This document shows, piece by piece, positions 52,964 through 62,452 of a stretch of 64,000 nucleotides of DNA (its first letter is position 1; every line of letters begins with the position of its first letter). The notes beneath the pieces were generated by a model. That model was not told the origin of the DNA. It was given only the letters and a program-made list of their open reading frames with translations, and made no database searches. A program made the position numbers and the translations under genes. Origin of the DNA: an uncultured Pseudobutyrivibrio sp. (lineage in GTDB: Bacteria > Bacillota > Clostridia > Lachnospirales > Lachnospiraceae); contig CACYLQ010000001.1 of assembly GCA_902775195.1 (NCBI GenBank), forward strand, positions 21,253 to 85,252. Reading direction: 5' to 3'.

Positions 52964-53115
52964 AAGAGCCTCCATATAATTAATATATGTAAATATTAAA
53001 GGTTTGCAGGGGTTCAGGCAAGCTAATTTGAATGGCTTTTATAAACAAATATATAAATATAATGCTTTATGTAATGGAATATGTGATATTATTAACCATG
53101 CAGGGAGGTGCTAGT

Positions 53116-53283
53116 ATGGCAGATAAAAAAGAGGGTACATTTGTAGTTCACGTTAATAAATGTGAAAATGATACATGGCAGGGACAGGTAACATGGGCTG
53201 ATCGTGATGAAAAGCTTAATTTTCGTAGCGCCATGGAGCTTATGTCAATCATTGATGCTGCATTAAATGCAGAAGAAAATTAA
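53116..53283 (+). CDS. Small hypothetical protein (55 aa)
   Basis: RBS GGAGGTG before ATG 53116; TFVVHV...N.TWQG.VTW...FRS..EL...I..AL pattern; followed by a terminator. Confidence 0.7.
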   Translation: MADKKEGTFVVHVNKCENDTWQGQVTWADRDEKLNFRSAMELMSIIDAALNAEEN

Positions 53284-53298
53284 ATAAAATCAATAAGA

Positions 53299-53333
53299 AA
53301 GGGACTCGCGATTGCGAGTCCCTGTTGTTTTTT
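53299..53333. terminator. Terminator between two convergent small genes
   Basis: AGGGACTCGC-GATT-GCGAGTCCCT followed by GTTGTTTTTT. Confidence 0.8.
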
Positions 53334-53351
53334 AAGGAAAAGTTCTAATTA

Positions 53352-53477
53352 TTAGAACTGACCAAATGCATACTTGAAAAATGAAACTGGCTCCTTGCCT
53401 TCATTCTTCATTCTCTTGCAATACTTCTCATAATCTGTGTACACGCTGTACATTGTGAATGATACTTCTTCGAACAT
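53352..53477 (-). CDS. Small protein absent from the ORF track (41 aa): MFEEVSFTMYSVYTDYEKYCKRMKNEGKEPVSFFKYAFGQF
   Basis: RBS GGAGGT 7 nt before ATG, double TAA stop, own promoter, codons typical of highly expressed genes here (TTC, TAC, AAG). Confidence 0.7.
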   Translation of the reverse strand: MFEEVSFTMYSVYTDYEKYCKRMKNEGKEPVSFFKYAFGQF

Positions 53478-53520
53478 TCTTATTACCTCCTAAATCTCTT
53501 CTTCTCTTGTTTACGTGGAT

Positions 53521-53549
53521 ATATTAAACCTTGAATTGTGATTTGTCAA
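53521..53549 (-). promoter_or_regulatory. Sigma-A promoter of the 41-aa ORF
   Basis: Minus strand TTGACA-N17-TAATAT. Confidence 0.6.
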
Positions 53550-53674
53550 CAAAAACAGAGTGAAGAAATTGTGAAAATTGTATAAACGGGTTTTTATTGA
53601 GTTAGTTTCCATATTTTGCTACAATTGAGGTGAAGGAAACGCAATAAACAAATTCTAGTTTTTGGGAGCAAAAT

Positions 53675-54235
53675 ATGAATGAACGTATATTAGAAGGGGC
53701 TCTTAAGGTTTTTAGAGAAAAGGGACCAAAATTTACAATGGATGATCTTGCTACTGAAATGAAAATGAGCAAGAAAACAATCTACACTATTTTTAGTGAT
53801 AAAAATGAGCTGATGTGTGACATGATGGACTACGCATTCGATTTAATTAAGGCTGCGGAGGACAAGGTCTATAACGACGAAAGCTTAGGGATTGTTGAAC
53901 GAATTAGAGGCATTCTTGCGGTGCTTCCTGAGTCTCACTATGGCTTTGATTATTCGGCAATGCATCAGCTTGCTAATAAATATCCAATGGCATATCAAAA
54001 GATGAATGACAGATTGGATGGCGGCTGGGAAAAAACCATGGAGCTACTCAGAAAGGGCATCGAAGAAGGCGCAATTAGGGATGTTGACCTTAACATATTC
54101 AAGCTTATGTATGAAGCTTGTGTTGATAGACTTTTAATGGGGGATTATCTTAAATCAAGCGGTATGGATTACCCTACAGCGTTAGCTGAAGTTGTTGATG
54201 TTATGGTGGATGGTATTACAAAAAGGGAAGATTAA
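53675..54235 (+). CDS. TetR/AcrR family transcriptional regulator
   Basis: N-terminal HTH FTMDDLATEMKMSKKTIYTIFSDK. Confidence 0.9.
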   Translation: MNERILEGALKVFREKGPKFTMDDLATEMKMSKKTIYTIFSDKNELMCDMMDYAFDLIKAAEDKVYNDESLGIVERIRGILAVLPESHYGFDYSAMHQLANKYPMAYQKMNDRLDGGWEKTMELLRKGIEEGAIRDVDLNIFKLMYEACVDRLLMGDYLKSSGMDYPTALAEVVDVMVDGITKRED

Positions 54236-56689
54236 ATGGCACAGAAAATTTACTTAGATCGAAAATGGAGATTTAATGAAAAATTTGAAGAGGAAATGAT
54301 TAATGAGCCAATGAAGGAAAGTAAGCTTATTAATATTCCTCACACAGTTAAGGAAACAGCACTTTCTTATTTTGATGAAAGTGTTTATCAAATGGTAAGC
54401 GGTTACCAGAAAAGCATCTTTGCACCTATGCAGTGGGATGGAAAGGTAGTTAGACTTGTGTTCGAAGCAGTCGGACACAGCTGCGACATCTACATCAATG
54501 GAAAGCATGTTAAGCATCATGATTGCGGATATACGGCTATTTATTTAGATGTAACAGATTATATAAAGTATGGGGAGGAAAACCTTATTACAGTTAAGGT
54601 TGATTCTAGAGAAACTCTCAATCAGCCTCCATTCGGTTACGTAATTGACTACATGACCTATGGCGGTATCTACAGAGACGTATATTTCGAAATATCTGAA
54701 CCAACTCATTTTACAGACATTTTCCTTCAGCCTTCATTATTGGAGCGCATTTCTACAGCTAAGCGCACTCCAAAGCAGATTCAGATGATGAAGGTGCAGG
54801 GAATAATTAAAACTGAATGTTATCTTACTAAGAATATTTATGACCTAGCTGTTGGAGAGCATGTTTTTATTAAACAGTATTTAGGTGATGATTTATTAAT
54901 CTCTCAGCCAGTTGGCGGATTAGAAGCACGTGGTGATGGATATCTGCTTAATCTCACTACAGCGCCTACAACAGTTAAGCTTTGGGATGTTGAAAGTCCT
55001 TATCTTTACACTGTTAAGACACAGCTGATTATTGATGACGAAGTAGTAGATGAACATGTTGCAAACGTTGGCTTTAGAAGCTCTGAATTTAGAAAAAACG
55101 GATATTATCTAAATGGCAGAAAGCTTAAGCTCAGAGGTCTTAACCGACATCAGTCTTATCCTTATGTAGGCTATGCAATGCCAGAATCTATGCAAAGATT
55201 CGATGCAAAGATTCTTAAGGAGGAGCTATCACTTAATGCAGTGCGAACATCACACTATCCACAGTCTCAGTACTTTATTGATGAATGCGATAAGCTTGGT
55301 CTTTTAGTATTTACAGAGATTCCAGGATGGCAGCATATAGGTGGAAAAGAATGGCAGGATATTGCCGTACAGAATACAAAGGATATGGTTCTTCAATATA
55401 GAAATCATCCTTCAATCATCCTTTGGGGAGTTCGTATAAACGAATCTCAGGATAATGATGAGTTCTACTTAAGAACTAACGAAGTGGCTCACAAGTATGA
55501 CCCTACACGTCCTACAGGCGGCGTTAGAGCCCATGCTAAGAGCTCATTGCTAGAGGATGTATACACCTATAACGATTTCGTTCACTCAGGAGATAACAAG
55601 GGCTGCTCAAAGAAGAGTGATATCACATCTAACGAGGAAAAGCCTTATCTTGTTAGTGAATACAATGGTCATATGTTCCCAACAAAGTCTTACGACCCAG
55701 AGGAGCATAGACAGGAGCATGCCATGAGACATGCTAACGTTCTTAATGCTATTGCAGGAGAATCAGATATTGCTGGTTCATTCGGTTGGTGCATGTTTGA
55801 TTACAACACTCACAAGGATTTCGGCTCTGGAGACAGAATTTGTTATCACGGTGTAATGGATATGTTTAGAAATCCAAAGCTTGCAGCATCTATTTATTCG
55901 GCTTATTCCGATAACGATATAGTGCTTGATATTACTACAAGCTTTGATATTGGAGAGCATCCTGCATGTAACAGAGGTAAGTCTTACATCATTACAAACG
56001 CTGATTCTGTAAAGATGTATAAAAATAACGTACTTGTTAAGGAATACTTCCCTTCAGATTCTACCTATGAGAATCTGAAGCATGGCCCAATCCTTATAGA
56101 TGATTTTGTTGGCGATTCAGTGGAAAATGACGGAGAATTCACAAAGGGACAGGCAAGACTTATTAAGCAGGCATTAAACCAGGTTACATTAGGTGGATTT
56201 AAGGTAACACCAAAGCTTGCATGGATCGCATTTAGATTAGTCGTATTCCATCACGTTAGCCCTAGCAAGGCAGTTCCAATCTACAACAAATTTATTGGAG
56301 ATTGGGGTGGAGAATCACGTGAGTACAAATTCGAAGCTATAAAGGATGGCAAGGTTGTAAAGACTGTCACAAAGGCAGCTGTTACAAAAGCTCATATAGA
56401 TGCCAAGCCAAGCCATACATTACTTACAGAAGTACATACTTATGATGTATCGCATATACGAATCAAGATCGCAGATCAAAACGATAATCAGCTGTATTTC
56501 TTTAATCAGCCAGTTAGCTTTGAGGTTGATGGCCCATTCGAAATAATTGGACCAAAGGTAGTAAGTCCAATGGGCGGCGCTACAGGCGTTTATGTTAAAT
56601 CAATCGGCGAAGATGGCGATGGTAAGCTTACTATTAAAAGCGATGGCTTAGAGCCAGTTGAAATTTGCTTATCAGCAGAATGCTTTTAG
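54236..56689 (+). CDS. Glycoside hydrolase family 2 beta-galactosidase
   Basis: YGGIYRDV, GLNRHQ, NAVRTSHYP, RNHPSIILWGVRINE, VSEY, WCMFDY. Confidence 0.9.
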   Translation: MAQKIYLDRKWRFNEKFEEEMINEPMKESKLINIPHTVKETALSYFDESVYQMVSGYQKSIFAPMQWDGKVVRLVFEAVGHSCDIYINGKHVKHHDCGYTAIYLDVTDYIKYGEENLITVKVDSRETLNQPPFGYVIDYMTYGGIYRDVYFEISEPTHFTDIFLQPSLLERISTAKRTPKQIQMMKVQGIIKTECYLTKNIYDLAVGEHVFIKQYLGDDLLISQPVGGLEARGDGYLLNLTTAPTTVKLWDVESPYLYTVKTQLIIDDEVVDEHVANVGFRSSEFRKNGYYLNGRKLKLRGLNRHQSYPYVGYAMPESMQRFDAKILKEELSLNAVRTSHYPQSQYFIDECDKLGLLVFTEIPGWQHIGGKEWQDIAVQNTKDMVLQYRNHPSIILWGVRINESQDNDEFYLRTNEVAHKYDPTRPTGGVRAHAKSSLLEDVYTYNDFVHSGDNKGCSKKSDITSNEEKPYLVSEYNGHMFPTKSYDPEEHRQEHAMRHANVLNAIAGESDIAGSFGWCMFDYNTHKDFGSGDRICYHGVMDMFRNPKLAASIYSAYSDNDIVLDITTSFDIGEHPACNRGKSYIITNADSVKMYKNNVLVKEYFPSDSTYENLKHGPILIDDFVGDSVENDGEFTKGQARLIKQALNQVTLGGFKVTPKLAWIAFRLVVFHHVSPSKAVPIYNKFIGDWGGESREYKFEAIKDGKVVKTVTKAAVTKAHIDAKPSHTLLTEVHTYDVSHIRIKIADQNDNQLYFFNQPVSFEVDGPFEIIGPKVVSPMGGATGVYVKSIGEDGDGKLTIKSDGLEPVEICLSAECF

Positions 56690-56713
56690 ATACCATAGAG
56701 GAGGGTATAAATA

Positions 56714-58180
56714 ATGGAAGATAAGAGTAAAGAGATTTTTGGTAATTTAATCTCGGACAGGGATTACAAAAAGGCATGTAATACCAAAAAGAAGAACATC
56801 AAGAAATATGGTGATGATTCTAATGTAGATTACAATATCGTAATTTCGAAGAATGAACATATCGGTGATTCACTTGGTGTATATGATGTGCTTTTAAAGG
56901 ATGGTCAGTCACCAGAAAAATTCGATACTGAAAAGGGTGTTATTGTAGGAAATATCCGTATGGGATTTGGTCATTATCGTATTTCCATGGCTATGGCTTC
57001 AGCTGCAAAGGCCATGGGATATACACCATATTGGATGGATTTAAATGGATATCCTCAGACTACATGTACTAAGGTTATCAGCGCTCAAAACGATTTATAT
57101 TCTTTAGGCTCACGCCTTTCAAAGAATAAGCTTTTTAACAAATTTGTTTGGGAGCCATTGAACTATGAAGGCTTCAGAAAGCTTTCTTATAACGCTTCAG
57201 ACCAGAAGAACGCAGAGCTTATGGCTACTGTATACAAGAATGTTCCAAAGGATATTCCTGTAATCGGAACACACGCATGGCCAGCACAGGCTGCAGTTCA
57301 CGCTGGAATGAAGCACGTTGTCAATGCTATTCCAGATAACTGGCCTATGGCACTTCATTTTGCAGAGGGCGCTGTTCATGCAATCCAGTGTAAGAATGCT
57401 TATATGGGCTACCGTATCTGTAACGGTATGGCTGGGAATATGGTTTGTAATCCAATGCCAAACGATGATTTGGTATACACAGGTCACTATATTGATCATG
57501 AACTTGTTTCTAATATCGAAGCAGATTGCCAGGCTCGTATGGACAGAAAGAAGAATGGCAAGCCAATGCGCTTCCTTCTTACAATCGGTGGAGCAGGAGC
57601 TCAGAAGGAAATCTTTGCTGCAATTATCAAATATTTATTGCCAGAAATTAAGGCTAACAAGGCAGCTTTATATGTAAACGTTGGGGATTACAAGAACGTT
57701 TGGGATGACCTTCTTAATGAGATTCCTGAAATGAAGAAAATAGCTACAGAGCATTTCAATGAATTTGATCAGACTACAGCATTTGCTGAGGAAGCCTTAA
57801 CTGGTGATGTTAATGGTATTCACGGCTTCTATCATGAGAATATATTTGAAGCAGTTTACTGTACAAACTTACTTATGCGTAGCTGTGATGTACTTGTTAC
57901 AAAGCCATCAGAGCTTGCTTTCTATCCAGTTCCAAAGCTGTTTATTAAGCGCGTAGGTAAGCATGAAATGTGGGGTGCTATCCATTCAGCGGAAATGGGT
58001 GACGGAACACTTGAGTGTAGGGATATTTCTCATACACTTCAGATGATTGATATGTTCATGAAGGATGACAAGCTTCTTACCGAAATGTGTGAGAGCATCA
58101 AGATTAATAAAACAATTGGTCTTTATGATGGGGCATACAAGGTCGTAGAGCTTGCTATGGGGATGAAGAGTAATAAGTAG
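56714..58180 (+). CDS. Hypothetical protein with GT-B glycosyltransferase-like motifs (MGDG synthase/GT28-like)
   Basis: MGFGH..ISMA, GTH, PD, TIGGAG, LMRSCDVLVTKP resemble UgtP/MGDG-synthase motifs (GxGH; GG.G; D..ITKP). Confidence 0.6.
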   Translation: MEDKSKEIFGNLISDRDYKKACNTKKKNIKKYGDDSNVDYNIVISKNEHIGDSLGVYDVLLKDGQSPEKFDTEKGVIVGNIRMGFGHYRISMAMASAAKAMGYTPYWMDLNGYPQTTCTKVISAQNDLYSLGSRLSKNKLFNKFVWEPLNYEGFRKLSYNASDQKNAELMATVYKNVPKDIPVIGTHAWPAQAAVHAGMKHVVNAIPDNWPMALHFAEGAVHAIQCKNAYMGYRICNGMAGNMVCNPMPNDDLVYTGHYIDHELVSNIEADCQARMDRKKNGKPMRFLLTIGGAGAQKEIFAAIIKYLLPEIKANKAALYVNVGDYKNVWDDLLNEIPEMKKIATEHFNEFDQTTAFAEEALTGDVNGIHGFYHENIFEAVYCTNLLMRSCDVLVTKPSELAFYPVPKLFIKRVGKHEMWGAIHSAEMGDGTLECRDISHTLQMIDMFMKDDKLLTEMCESIKINKTIGLYDGAYKVVELAMGMKSNK

Positions 58181-58196
58181 TAAGGAGAAGAAAAAA

Positions 58197-60044
58197 ATGG
58201 CAGAAAAAAGAAGTTTATCGGGAGTTGAAAAATTTGCCTATGGTATTGGAGCTGTTGGTAAGGATATGGTTTATATGCTATCAGCTTCATACGTTTTATA
58301 TTATTTCCAGGACATCATGGGAGTTAACGCAATTGCGATGGGAATCATCCTGTTAATTGCCCGTGTCTTTGATGCATTCAATGATCCTATCATGGGTGTG
58401 ATTGTTGCTAAGACAAAGACTAGATGGGGTAAGTTTAGACCTTGGCTTTTAATTGGTACTATTACAAACACAGTGTTGCTTGTACTTATGTTTTCAGCAC
58501 CACCAACAGCATCAGCTAAGGGACTTATCGCTTATGCCGCTGTTACTTATATCATGTGGGGTGTTACATACACAATGATGGATATCCCTTATTGGTCAAT
58601 GGTTCCTGCTTTCACTGAAAGCGGAAAGGAACGTGAAGGCTTATCAGCTCTTGCCCGTTCATGTGCAGGTGTAGGTTCTGCTCTTGTAACTATTGTTACA
58701 GTTATGGTTGTTGCAGCTCTTGGTTCTAAGGCTGCAGCTAATAGCTCAGACAACATTTTAAAGACTTTTGATTCTAACAACACACAGTTCACTCTTTATG
58801 TTGTAGAGCGCGATGCAGATGGTAATCCAACAACTAACACAGACACAATTGATTGTGAGAATGTAGTTCTTAATGTTACAGGCATTCAAAAAGTATTTGA
58901 TGGTGTTGTTGACGAAGAAAACGGATATAATGGTGTAGTATCTCTCAATGGAGATAACACAAATTATAGCTTTACTTTTGGCGACAAAAGCTTTGCAGAG
59001 GGTGATGATTGTGATATCAACGTTGCAATGGATAGCGTAGATTCTGGCAAAGTAGCTGTAGCACTTTATGTGCCAAGTGCAGCTTATGAACAATACGAAA
59101 ATAATGAAGTTGATCTTAGCAATATTACTATTGATATGACATCCACAATGGAAGTTGAAAGACTTGGTTTTAAGTATTTCTCACTTATTATCGGTGGATT
59201 ATTCATTCTTTTCATTGGAATTACATGCGCATGCATTAAAGAAAAGTCTACTGTAGATATGCAGACTGCATCAATCGGTCAGATGTTTAAGGCACTTATC
59301 CAAAATGATCAGGCAATGACTATTGTTGTTACAATCGTTCTTGTTAATACAGCACTTTATATCACATCAAACCTTTTGATTTACTTCTTCAAATATGATT
59401 TGGCTGGAAGCAATTGGCAGGGTAATTACACATTGTTCAACACATTTGCAGGTGGTATGCAGATTTTAGCAATGATGCTTCTGTTTCCATTGCTTAGAAA
59501 AGCATTTACTACTCTTCGTATTTTCTATATCTGTGTAATTGCTGAAATTGTAGGATACATTGTACTTCTTGCAATGGCCCTTTCAGGTGTGACGAATGTA
59601 TTTATTTTCTTTATGCCAGGATTTTTAATTATGTCTGGTGCAGGCATTTTAAACGTTGTTGTTACTGTATTTTTGGCAAACACTGTAGATTACGGCGAGC
59701 TTAAGAATTATCGTAGAGACGAATCAGTTATTTTCTCTATGCAGACATTTGTAGTTAAGCTTGCTTCAGGTATTGCAGCTTTAGTTGCTGCTGTTTGTCT
59801 TGCTATATTTAATATTCAGAAGGATAGTGCGGCAATTCTTGATTTTGCTGGACTTCAGGCAAAGGTTGCAAATAGCGGCTTAATAGAATCTATCGATGCA
59901 AACTCAGTAATTGGACTTAGAATGATTATGACAGTAGGACCTACAGTAGTTCTTGTTATTGCATTCTTCTTCTTTAGAGCAAAATATATTCTTACTGATG
60001 AAAAGCTTGAAGAGATTTCTAATGAATTGAGTGCTAGAAAATAA
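58197..60044 (+). CDS. Glycoside-pentoside-hexuronide (MelB-like) cation symporter with an inserted soluble domain
   Basis: YGIGAVGKD, RVFDAFNDP, TRWGKFRPW, YTMMDIPYWS, DYGELK..R.E. Confidence 0.88.
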   Translation: MAEKRSLSGVEKFAYGIGAVGKDMVYMLSASYVLYYFQDIMGVNAIAMGIILLIARVFDAFNDPIMGVIVAKTKTRWGKFRPWLLIGTITNTVLLVLMFSAPPTASAKGLIAYAAVTYIMWGVTYTMMDIPYWSMVPAFTESGKEREGLSALARSCAGVGSALVTIVTVMVVAALGSKAAANSSDNILKTFDSNNTQFTLYVVERDADGNPTTNTDTIDCENVVLNVTGIQKVFDGVVDEENGYNGVVSLNGDNTNYSFTFGDKSFAEGDDCDINVAMDSVDSGKVAVALYVPSAAYEQYENNEVDLSNITIDMTSTMEVERLGFKYFSLIIGGLFILFIGITCACIKEKSTVDMQTASIGQMFKALIQNDQAMTIVVTIVLVNTALYITSNLLIYFFKYDLAGSNWQGNYTLFNTFAGGMQILAMMLLFPLLRKAFTTLRIFYICVIAEIVGYIVLLAMALSGVTNVFIFFMPGFLIMSGAGILNVVVTVFLANTVDYGELKNYRRDESVIFSMQTFVVKLASGIAALVAAVCLAIFNIQKDSAAILDFAGLQAKVANSGLIESIDANSVIGLRMIMTVGPTVVLVIAFFFFRAKYILTDEKLEEISNELSARK

Positions 60045-60094
60045 GTAAAGTTATTGGTCTTGTGAATTGATACATGACTGGGAGGATTTTTAAA

Positions 60095-62434
60095 ATGATT
60101 AAAGCTGATGGAAAGGTATTTACACTTAATACTAAAAACACAACATACGCATTTCGCGTAATGGAAACAGGTCAGCTGGAACATTTGTATTACGGAAAGC
60201 TCATCCATGGGGATGAGCCTTCTGTGCTTGTGGAGAAGCGTACATTTGCTCCAGGAAATACTGTTACCTATAACAACGAGCATCCAGAGCTTACTTTAGA
60301 GGATGTTTGTTTTGAGGTGTCTACCCTTGGAAAGGGAGACTTTAGAGAGCCAATGATTACAGCTGTTTGTCCTGATGGAAGCAGCACCTTGGATTTTGTA
60401 TATGATGGCTATGAAGTACTTGCGAAAAAGCCTGAGTTTAAAACACTTCCTAGTTCTTATGATGAAAAGGGTAAGGTAGAGACTCTTGTTGTTACCTTAA
60501 AGGATAAAAATCATGGATATACATTAGAACTTTCATATTCTGTATTTGAGGATTGTGATGTTATCACACGTAGCGCTAAGTTTAAAAATACTACAGATTC
60601 TTCTGTAAAGCTTACACGTATGCTTTCTATGCTTGTAGATTTCGAGCATAGTGGCTACAAAATCACATCCTTCCACGGTAGCTGGACTAGAGAGATGAAC
60701 AAAAGTGATATGGTGCTTACTGCTGGAAAGTACGTTAATTCTTCATTTACAGGTACTAGCTCTAACCGTTGCAATCCATTGTTCATCATTTCAGATGCTG
60801 ATTCAACAGAAACTGCTGGTGATGTTTTTGGATTCAATCTTTTATATTCAGGCAATCATTATTCTGCTACAGAGGTATCACCATGGGGCAAGACAAGAGT
60901 AGCCTATGGTATTAATCCAGAAAGCTTTGAGTGGACACTGGAAGCTGGAGAGGAATTTGAAGCTCCTGAAGCTGTAATAACATATTCTAAAGCTGGTTTC
61001 AGACAGATGAGTCTTAATATGCACGATTTTGTAAGGGAGCATATTACAAGAGGCACCTGGAAAAAGAAGGAACGTCCTATCCTTATCAACAGCTGGGAGG
61101 CTAGTTATTTTGATTTCACCGAAAGCTCACTTCTTAAGCTTGCTAAGGTGGCAAAGAGCACAGGTGTTGAGCTATTTGTCATGGATGATGGCTGGTTTGG
61201 TGATAGAAATGATGATAAGCATGCCCTTGGCGATTGGGATATCATCAACAAGAAAAAGCTTCCAGGCGGCTTGGAGGGACTTGCTAAAAAGGTTAACGAT
61301 TTAGGCCTTATGTTTGGTCTTTGGGTGGAGCCTGAAATGATTAATGTTGATAGTGAGCTTTACAAGAAGCACCCAGAATGGGCTATCGACATTCCTGGAA
61401 TGGACCATTCAGAGGGACGTAACCAGCGACTTCTTGATTTATGTAATCCAGAGGTTGTTGATTATATGATAGACAGAATGAGTGAGGTTTTTGCAACTCC
61501 TGGTCTTTCATATATCAAATGGGATATGAACCGTAACTTCTCTGATTATTTCTCTAAGTATTTACCTGCTGAAAAGCAGATGGAGGTTAGTCACAGATAT
61601 GTGTTAGGCTTCTACAGATTACTTAAGACTTTGGCAGAAAGATTTCCAGAGATTCTTATGGAAGGCTGCGCTTCAGGTGGAAATAGATTTGACCTTGGAG
61701 CACTTTGCTACTTCCCACAGATTTGGGCTAGTGATAACACTGATGCAGTCAGCCGTCTTACTATTCAGGATGGATATTCATACGGATACCCACAGAGCAC
61801 ATACACAGCACATGTAAGCTCATGTCCTAACCATCAGACTCTTAGAATTACACCTCTTGAGTCCAGATTTGCTGTTGCTGCATTTGGCGTTCTTGGTTAC
61901 GAGCTAAATCTTAATGATTCTAGTGCAGAAGATATCTCGGCTGTTAAGGCCCAGATTGAATTATACAAGCAGTATAGAAAGACTCTTCAATTTGGTGATT
62001 TCTACAGACTTAGAGCAGATAATATCTATCAGTGGAGCATTGTAGATAAGGATAAGAACACATCTGTATCAATGGTAATGCAAAAAGAGATTAAGCCAGG
62101 AGAGCAGTATCTCAGAATTGGTGCCGCAGGACTTGACGCTGATACTAAATATCATTTCTATGGAAGAAAGCTGGAATATAACCTTAAGGGCTTTGGAGAT
62201 TTGGTTAACACAGTTGCACCAATCCACATCAAACAGGATGGTGTACTTCATAATGTAATAGCTAAATTCGTAAAGATGCCAGGTGAGGTGGAAGACACTG
62301 TAGCCTACGGCGATACTCTTAACGAAGGTGGCGTTAAGCTTGCACAAAGCTTCGTAGGAACTGGATACAATGACCAGGTTCGCTATTTCCCAGATTTCGG
62401 AGCGCGTCTATACTTCATAGAAAAAGTGGACTAG
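60095..62434 (+). CDS. Glycoside hydrolase family 36 alpha-galactosidase
   Basis: INSWEASYF, FVMDDGWFG.R, FGLWVEPEM, YIKWDMNR, CASGGNRFD, WASDNTD. Confidence 0.93.
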   Translation: MIKADGKVFTLNTKNTTYAFRVMETGQLEHLYYGKLIHGDEPSVLVEKRTFAPGNTVTYNNEHPELTLEDVCFEVSTLGKGDFREPMITAVCPDGSSTLDFVYDGYEVLAKKPEFKTLPSSYDEKGKVETLVVTLKDKNHGYTLELSYSVFEDCDVITRSAKFKNTTDSSVKLTRMLSMLVDFEHSGYKITSFHGSWTREMNKSDMVLTAGKYVNSSFTGTSSNRCNPLFIISDADSTETAGDVFGFNLLYSGNHYSATEVSPWGKTRVAYGINPESFEWTLEAGEEFEAPEAVITYSKAGFRQMSLNMHDFVREHITRGTWKKKERPILINSWEASYFDFTESSLLKLAKVAKSTGVELFVMDDGWFGDRNDDKHALGDWDIINKKKLPGGLEGLAKKVNDLGLMFGLWVEPEMINVDSELYKKHPEWAIDIPGMDHSEGRNQRLLDLCNPEVVDYMIDRMSEVFATPGLSYIKWDMNRNFSDYFSKYLPAEKQMEVSHRYVLGFYRLLKTLAERFPEILMEGCASGGNRFDLGALCYFPQIWASDNTDAVSRLTIQDGYSYGYPQSTYTAHVSSCPNHQTLRITPLESRFAVAAFGVLGYELNLNDSSAEDISAVKAQIELYKQYRKTLQFGDFYRLRADNIYQWSIVDKDKNTSVSMVMQKEIKPGEQYLRIGAAGLDADTKYHFYGRKLEYNLKGFGDLVNTVAPIHIKQDGVLHNVIAKFVKMPGEVEDTVAYGDTLNEGGVKLAQSFVGTGYNDQVRYFPDFGARLYFIEKVD

Positions 62435-62452
62435 GTAACTAGTCCACTTTTT
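62421..62452. terminator. Bidirectional terminator hairpin formed by the last codons of two convergent genes
   Basis: AAAAAGTGGACTAG-GTAA-CTAGTCCACTTTTT, a perfect 14-bp stem. Confidence 0.75.
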
